A stretch of 64,000 bases of DNA, taken from a virus. Below are positions 60,199-64,000 of the stretch, piece after piece. Made by a program: the position numbers and the translations under genes. Location: positions 83,269 to 147,268 of IMG/VR virus record IMGVR_UViG_3300035698_019437; one strand, given 5' to 3'. Numbering within the stretch: position 1 is the stretch's first letter; each line of letters opens with the position of its first letter. The notes under the pieces are model-generated. The model did no database searches, was not told where the DNA came from, and worked only from the letters and a program-made list of their open reading frames with translations.

Positions 60199-60251
60199 TA
60201 TTAGATTGATATCGAAAGTATAGTAGGTCATAGAAAGAGTTGGAGTCAATT

Positions 60252-61112
60252 ATGAATTTTAGTAAAGGTAATCTTGTTAAAAAGAAGATAGATGGATTTA
60301 AGTTTTATTTAGACCCGCGAGATAAAGGGGTGTCTTCAGCTTTGTTGCACGCTGGATCGAGAGAGCCAGAATTTATTTGGATGATTAAAAAAGAAGCAAA
60401 GGGTGCATTGGCTATTGATATAGGAGCTAATATAGGACATATAAGCATGTATCTTTGCAGAAGTATGGATCATGTTGTATGCATAGAAGTTGATAGTCGT
60501 ACAAGGCGGATTCTGAAAAAGAATATAGACAAAAATGGTTTTAAAGAAAAAACAACTGTTCTTAGCTGTGCTATTTCTAATGTTGCAGGAGAACAAGATA
60601 TATATTATGCCGATAGTCCTAATTTGACGACAATGAACAAACCTGATAAATCTAAGATACAAAAAGCAGGGATAGTAGAGACCAATACAATAGACCAGTT
60701 AGGGTATGCCCCAGATTTTATAAAGATGGATATAGAGGGATATGAGATAGAAGCTTTATTGGGAGGAATGAAAACATTTTCCGAAGCTAAGCATTGCAAA
60801 ATTTTGATAGAGGTTCATCCAGAAACTTATAGTGAGTCTCGTAATTTTTCAAAGGTTCTTAGAGAGTTACTGGATATAGGTTATAATTTTAAATATGTTG
60901 TATCTGCCGCCGTTGCTTGTCCAGACTTATTTAGAGATAGAGGTTATAGTCCACATAAAGTTTTTAAAGATGGGAAATGGGCTAGGGGCATATATACAGA
61001 TGTAAGTAATGAAGATGCAATATTCTTTTGCGAGAAATCTCATAAGCAATATATCCCAAAATATGACAAGACAAGTCCAAGAATAGTTAGATCAATACTC
61101 CTAGAAAAATAA
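60252..61112 (+). CDS. FkbM-family methyltransferase
   Basis: IDIGANIG, CAISN, DFIKMDIEGYE, ILIEVHP. Confidence 0.9.
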   Translation: MNFSKGNLVKKKIDGFKFYLDPRDKGVSSALLHAGSREPEFIWMIKKEAKGALAIDIGANIGHISMYLCRSMDHVVCIEVDSRTRRILKKNIDKNGFKEKTTVLSCAISNVAGEQDIYYADSPNLTTMNKPDKSKIQKAGIVETNTIDQLGYAPDFIKMDIEGYEIEALLGGMKTFSEAKHCKILIEVHPETYSESRNFSKVLRELLDIGYNFKYVVSAAVACPDLFRDRGYSPHKVFKDGKWARGIYTDVSNEDAIFFCEKSHKQYIPKYDKTSPRIVRSILLEK

Positions 61113-61885
61113 TGTCTACAATAAACCAATGTAGAATGAATAAGGGTTCTAAGCTTTTATTCTCTGATTTTATGCACAAATATAGTTTGCGTAATATTAA
61201 TAGCAGGAACAAGCCGTGCATCTTTTTTGGCGTTTATTGGAATGATATAACTGTTCTACTTAGTCATAAATCTTTAGCTATAGCGGTCTGGCGAGGCTCA
61301 GACGCTATGAGCGATAATAGGATTAAAAAGTGCAAAAAAAAATCTAATATAAAACATGTTGCAATTTCTTCTTTTATAGAAAATGATTTCAAAAGATTAG
61401 GCGTTGAATACAAATTTTTACCCATAATTGGAACTAATGCAAAAATGTTTAAACCCTGTCCTCTGGGTGATGAAATATACACTTATATACCTAATTCAAA
61501 ACCAGATTTTTATGGGTTGGAAATCATAAAAGACATACAGCGTAAATCTAAGTTCAAGATTAATATTATAGGCGGAGATAAAAGATATACAAGACAAGAA
61601 CTTGTAGATATATACAAAAGGTGTTTTATAGGATTAAGGCTTACTCCACACGATGGAATCGCTAATAGCGTTATAGAACTGGGTCTTATGGGAAGAAAAT
61701 GTATATATAATGATAACCGTGTACCGGGAGCTATACACTGGGACAGAGGGAATGTAAACAAAATAATGGAATCTATAGATATCGAGTCTAAAAAAATAGG
61801 ACAAATTAATTTATCTCTGTATAAGTCAGTGAAATCCTATATAGACATAGGGAAAAATTGGCTAAAACCTAAATTTTGGATATAA
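61112..61885 (+). CDS. Putative GT-B glycosyltransferase
   Basis: WRGSDA, YKRCFIGLRLTPHDGIANSVIELGLMGR. Confidence 0.6.
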   Translation: MSTINQCRMNKGSKLLFSDFMHKYSLRNINSRNKPCIFFGVYWNDITVLLSHKSLAIAVWRGSDAMSDNRIKKCKKKSNIKHVAISSFIENDFKRLGVEYKFLPIIGTNAKMFKPCPLGDEIYTYIPNSKPDFYGLEIIKDIQRKSKFKINIIGGDKRYTRQELVDIYKRCFIGLRLTPHDGIANSVIELGLMGRKCIYNDNRVPGAIHWDRGNVNKIMESIDIESKKIGQINLSLYKSVKSYIDIGKNWLKPKFWI

Positions 61886-61887
61886 AA

Positions 61888-62682
61888 ATGTTAAATAATC
61901 CACTTGTGAGCGTAGTTGTAACTTTATATAATTATGAAAAATATATAAAAGATTGCCTTCTGTCAATCAAAAAACAGGATTATGATAATATCGAGATTAT
62001 TGTAGTAGATGATTGCTCTAAAGATAAATCAGTGGATGTTGCAAATTCCGTTGATAAAGTTAAGGTTATAGCATTGACGGAAAACAAGGGTTATTCTTTT
62101 TGCAAAAATGTAGGTATTAAATCATCTAAGGGTAAAGTTATAGTATTGTTAGACGCAGATGACATGTTAACGAAGAAGTCCGTGTCGCACAGGCTATCGT
62201 CTTTGTTATCAAACGATGTTGAATTTGTGTACGGTAATGCTATAGCTGTTTATGGTGATATATCTCTTAAAAAATGTTACAAACTTAAGAATTTACCATA
62301 TCAAAATATCAAATTGTATGCTAAGAAAAAACCTTCTATAGAGATGTGTAATACTTTGTATAATATACATGCTCAAACAGTAATGGTGCGTAGGCATGTA
62401 TATCAGGAGTATGGTTTATATGATGAGGATTTAGTATCTAGGTCTGATAGAGAGATGTGGTGGAGGCTTTTTGGGAAATCTGACGATGATAAAAAATTAG
62501 TAACGCATGCTTTTGTTAATAAACCATTAGCATATTATAGATATCATAGAAAGTCTATGAGATATAAGAGAAAAAAGAATAAAGAGAAAAATCAAGTGAT
62601 TATAGCTGCTTCTGAGAAATCTTTTGAAAAAAGGAAAAGAGAAGGTATTACTCTCGATAATACATCTTTTTTACAATACTAA
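61888..62682 (+). CDS. Glycosyltransferase family 2
   Basis: PLVSVVVTLYNY, VDDCSKD, NKGYS..KN, LDADD; paralogue of 56919-57641. Confidence 0.9.
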   Translation: MLNNPLVSVVVTLYNYEKYIKDCLLSIKKQDYDNIEIIVVDDCSKDKSVDVANSVDKVKVIALTENKGYSFCKNVGIKSSKGKVIVLLDADDMLTKKSVSHRLSSLLSNDVEFVYGNAIAVYGDISLKKCYKLKNLPYQNIKLYAKKKPSIEMCNTLYNIHAQTVMVRRHVYQEYGLYDEDLVSRSDREMWWRLFGKSDDDKKLVTHAFVNKPLAYYRYHRKSMRYKRKKNKEKNQVIIAASEKSFEKRKREGITLDNTSFLQY

Positions 62683-62683
62683 T

Positions 62684-63763
62684 ATGAAAATATTTGTTCA
62701 ACATGGTTCGGTTCGGAAAATTGCTCCTTTCAAAGGATCAGGCGTTATTACAACAATTAATATGTGTTGCGCTCTTAGCTTGTTTACAGAAGTTTATTAC
62801 TCCGGTTATAAAATTATCCCAAACGAACCCCATTATGGTACAAAGTCTCATCGTTCTACTTTTGAATTGAAATCTATAGAAAGAGATTATGATCTATATA
62901 TAATCAGAAATAACATGTCGTTACTAAGATTTCTAAGAAAAAAAAGACCTAATGCTAATATAGTTTGGTTTGTTGATAGTTTTTCAAAAAAAGCTTTTAA
63001 AAAATCTACCATATTAGCAACTACAACAATGTCCTGGGCAGATTTATTGAGAAATGGCAAAAAAGCGGTAAAAATAAATCCTGAAGGTTATAGACATAAG
63101 AGAGTAATCACATTACAACAATCTTTTTTACCTAGTTTTAAACCTCTTCAAGATCATGCTGAAACACAAAAGATAAGGGAAGAAATAGGTGGAGATTTTA
63201 TAATAGGATACTTTAGCAAATCTTTGGGAGGGTTTAATCATCCATATATTCTTTTGAAATCTATACCTGAGATAATGAAAAAAATTCCAAATGCTAAGAT
63301 TGTTATAGGGACACGTGATACTCGCAAAAAAAGAGAAAAATTAGAGAAAAAAACTGGTGTTAAAGTATGTAAAGTTAGTCATAAAAAAATGCCGTATATG
63401 TTATCTGCATGTGATTTGGTGATGATAACTTATTATAAGTCTGGTTGGGATTATTATGGTAGCTTAAGAACGTTAGAGACAGCAGCATGTGGAGTCCCTT
63501 TAATATTACCCAAGTCTATTGCTAGAAAAGAAGTTTTAGGCGATGATTATAAGCTATTTGTAAATAGAAGTATTTTTGAACCACCTATAACAAAAGATAA
63601 AGTAAAACGATTTGTTAAAATAATAAAAAAATTATCAGATGATGAAAGTTTGAGAAATCAAATATCTGCTCAGTTAATACAAAAAGCATCTATGTATACT
63701 ATTGAAAAAACCGCTGAATCTATAAAAACTCAATTATCTGTATATTGTAGAAAATTAAAATGA
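62684..63763 (+). CDS. Glycosyltransferase family 4-like
   Basis: MPYMLSACDL, SLRTLETAACGVP, LSDDESLRNQI. Confidence 0.78.
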   Translation: MKIFVQHGSVRKIAPFKGSGVITTINMCCALSLFTEVYYSGYKIIPNEPHYGTKSHRSTFELKSIERDYDLYIIRNNMSLLRFLRKKRPNANIVWFVDSFSKKAFKKSTILATTTMSWADLLRNGKKAVKINPEGYRHKRVITLQQSFLPSFKPLQDHAETQKIREEIGGDFIIGYFSKSLGGFNHPYILLKSIPEIMKKIPNAKIVIGTRDTRKKREKLEKKTGVKVCKVSHKKMPYMLSACDLVMITYYKSGWDYYGSLRTLETAACGVPLILPKSIARKEVLGDDYKLFVNRSIFEPPITKDKVKRFVKIIKKLSDDESLRNQISAQLIQKASMYTIEKTAESIKTQLSVYCRKLK

Positions 63764-64000
63764 AAAAGAAAATATTATTTATATACAATAAAATAAGAGC
63801 CACAAAAAAGACTAATAGAATCATACACTGTGGATGGATAACAGATTGTCAAAATCTTTATGAAGTAGAATTTTGGGGAAAGGGATTTTCGGAGACAAGC
63901 ATAGATTCTCTCCAAAAGAAGATAGATTCATTTAAACCTGATTATATATATAGCACAAACAGAAAGGCATCTGAAAAGTGGTTGCCAGATATTAGTAAAA
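63760..64000 (+). CDS. Partial CDS running off window, probably another glycosyltransferase
   Basis: ATGA overlap at 63760; MKKKILFIYN...VEFWGKGF...KIDSFKPDYIY open to window end. Confidence 0.5.
   Translation, partial: MKKKILFIYNKIRATKKTNRIIHCGWITDCQNLYEVEFWGKGFSETSIDSLQKKIDSFKPDYIYSTNRKASEKWLPDISK

Noticed and set aside
609-61761. Numerous 60-200 aa minus-strand and nested ORFs in the track (e.g. 34957-35511, 43483-43926, 59015-59611)
   Set aside because: They lie antisense to or inside well-supported genes and lack motifs, so they are treated as shadow ORFs. Only neuB is accepted on the minus strand.
1-64000. Stop-codon reassignment, as seen in some huge phages
   Set aside because: The standard code already gives near-complete coding coverage with intact conserved proteins. 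TAA, TGA and TAG all terminate genes at sensible positions, and dnaE-N ends in TAA followed by independent genes.
1-64000. tRNA, rRNA or large structured ncRNA genes
   Set aside because: Intergenic gaps are all under ~90 nt and none shows a cloverleaf or TTCGA T-arm context.

Overview
Dense, almost entirely plus-strand, AT-rich window that reads as part of a huge (jumbo) bacteriophage genome. There are no host-type housekeeping operons, intergenic gaps are tiny, and many genes are joined by TAATG/ATGA overlaps. All annotations come from motif recognition by eye; no database searches were run. Left to right: (1) 3' part of a >1,890-aa acidic protein with Kelch repeats, a vWA-like segment, a poly-Ser linker and a Cys-rich tail, probably virion-associated, followed by three glycosyltransferases. 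(2) A bacterial-type replication/recombination region with UvsW-like helicase, two DNA methyltransferases, IF-3, a Ycf46-like AAA+, DnaC-like loader, DnaB, a free-standing LAGLIDADG endonuclease, SSB, RecA, Cas4-like nuclease, SpoVS, Gam-like protein and UvrD. Both DnaE and DnaG primase are encoded as two separate genes with no intein or intron signature. (3) A YkgJ-family Cys-cluster protein interrupted by a 374-aa intein. (4) An apparently complete nonulosonic (sialic-like, possibly KDN) acid pathway: NeuB-type synthase, HAD phosphatase, NeuA cytidylyltransferase and two GT42/Maf(DUF115)-like transferases. (5) DUF1257, peptide deformylase and an AmmeMemoRadiSam-type radical SAM enzyme. (6) A >14-kb island of paralogous glycosyl- and methyltransferases that runs off the right edge. 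The best candidates for an undescribed system are a phage-encoded sialylation/glycan-coat machinery and a fragmented replisome, whose split DnaE halves flank a dCMP deaminase lacking its catalytic Glu. A shared C-terminal peptide tag and a CCGA intergenic motif also recur.
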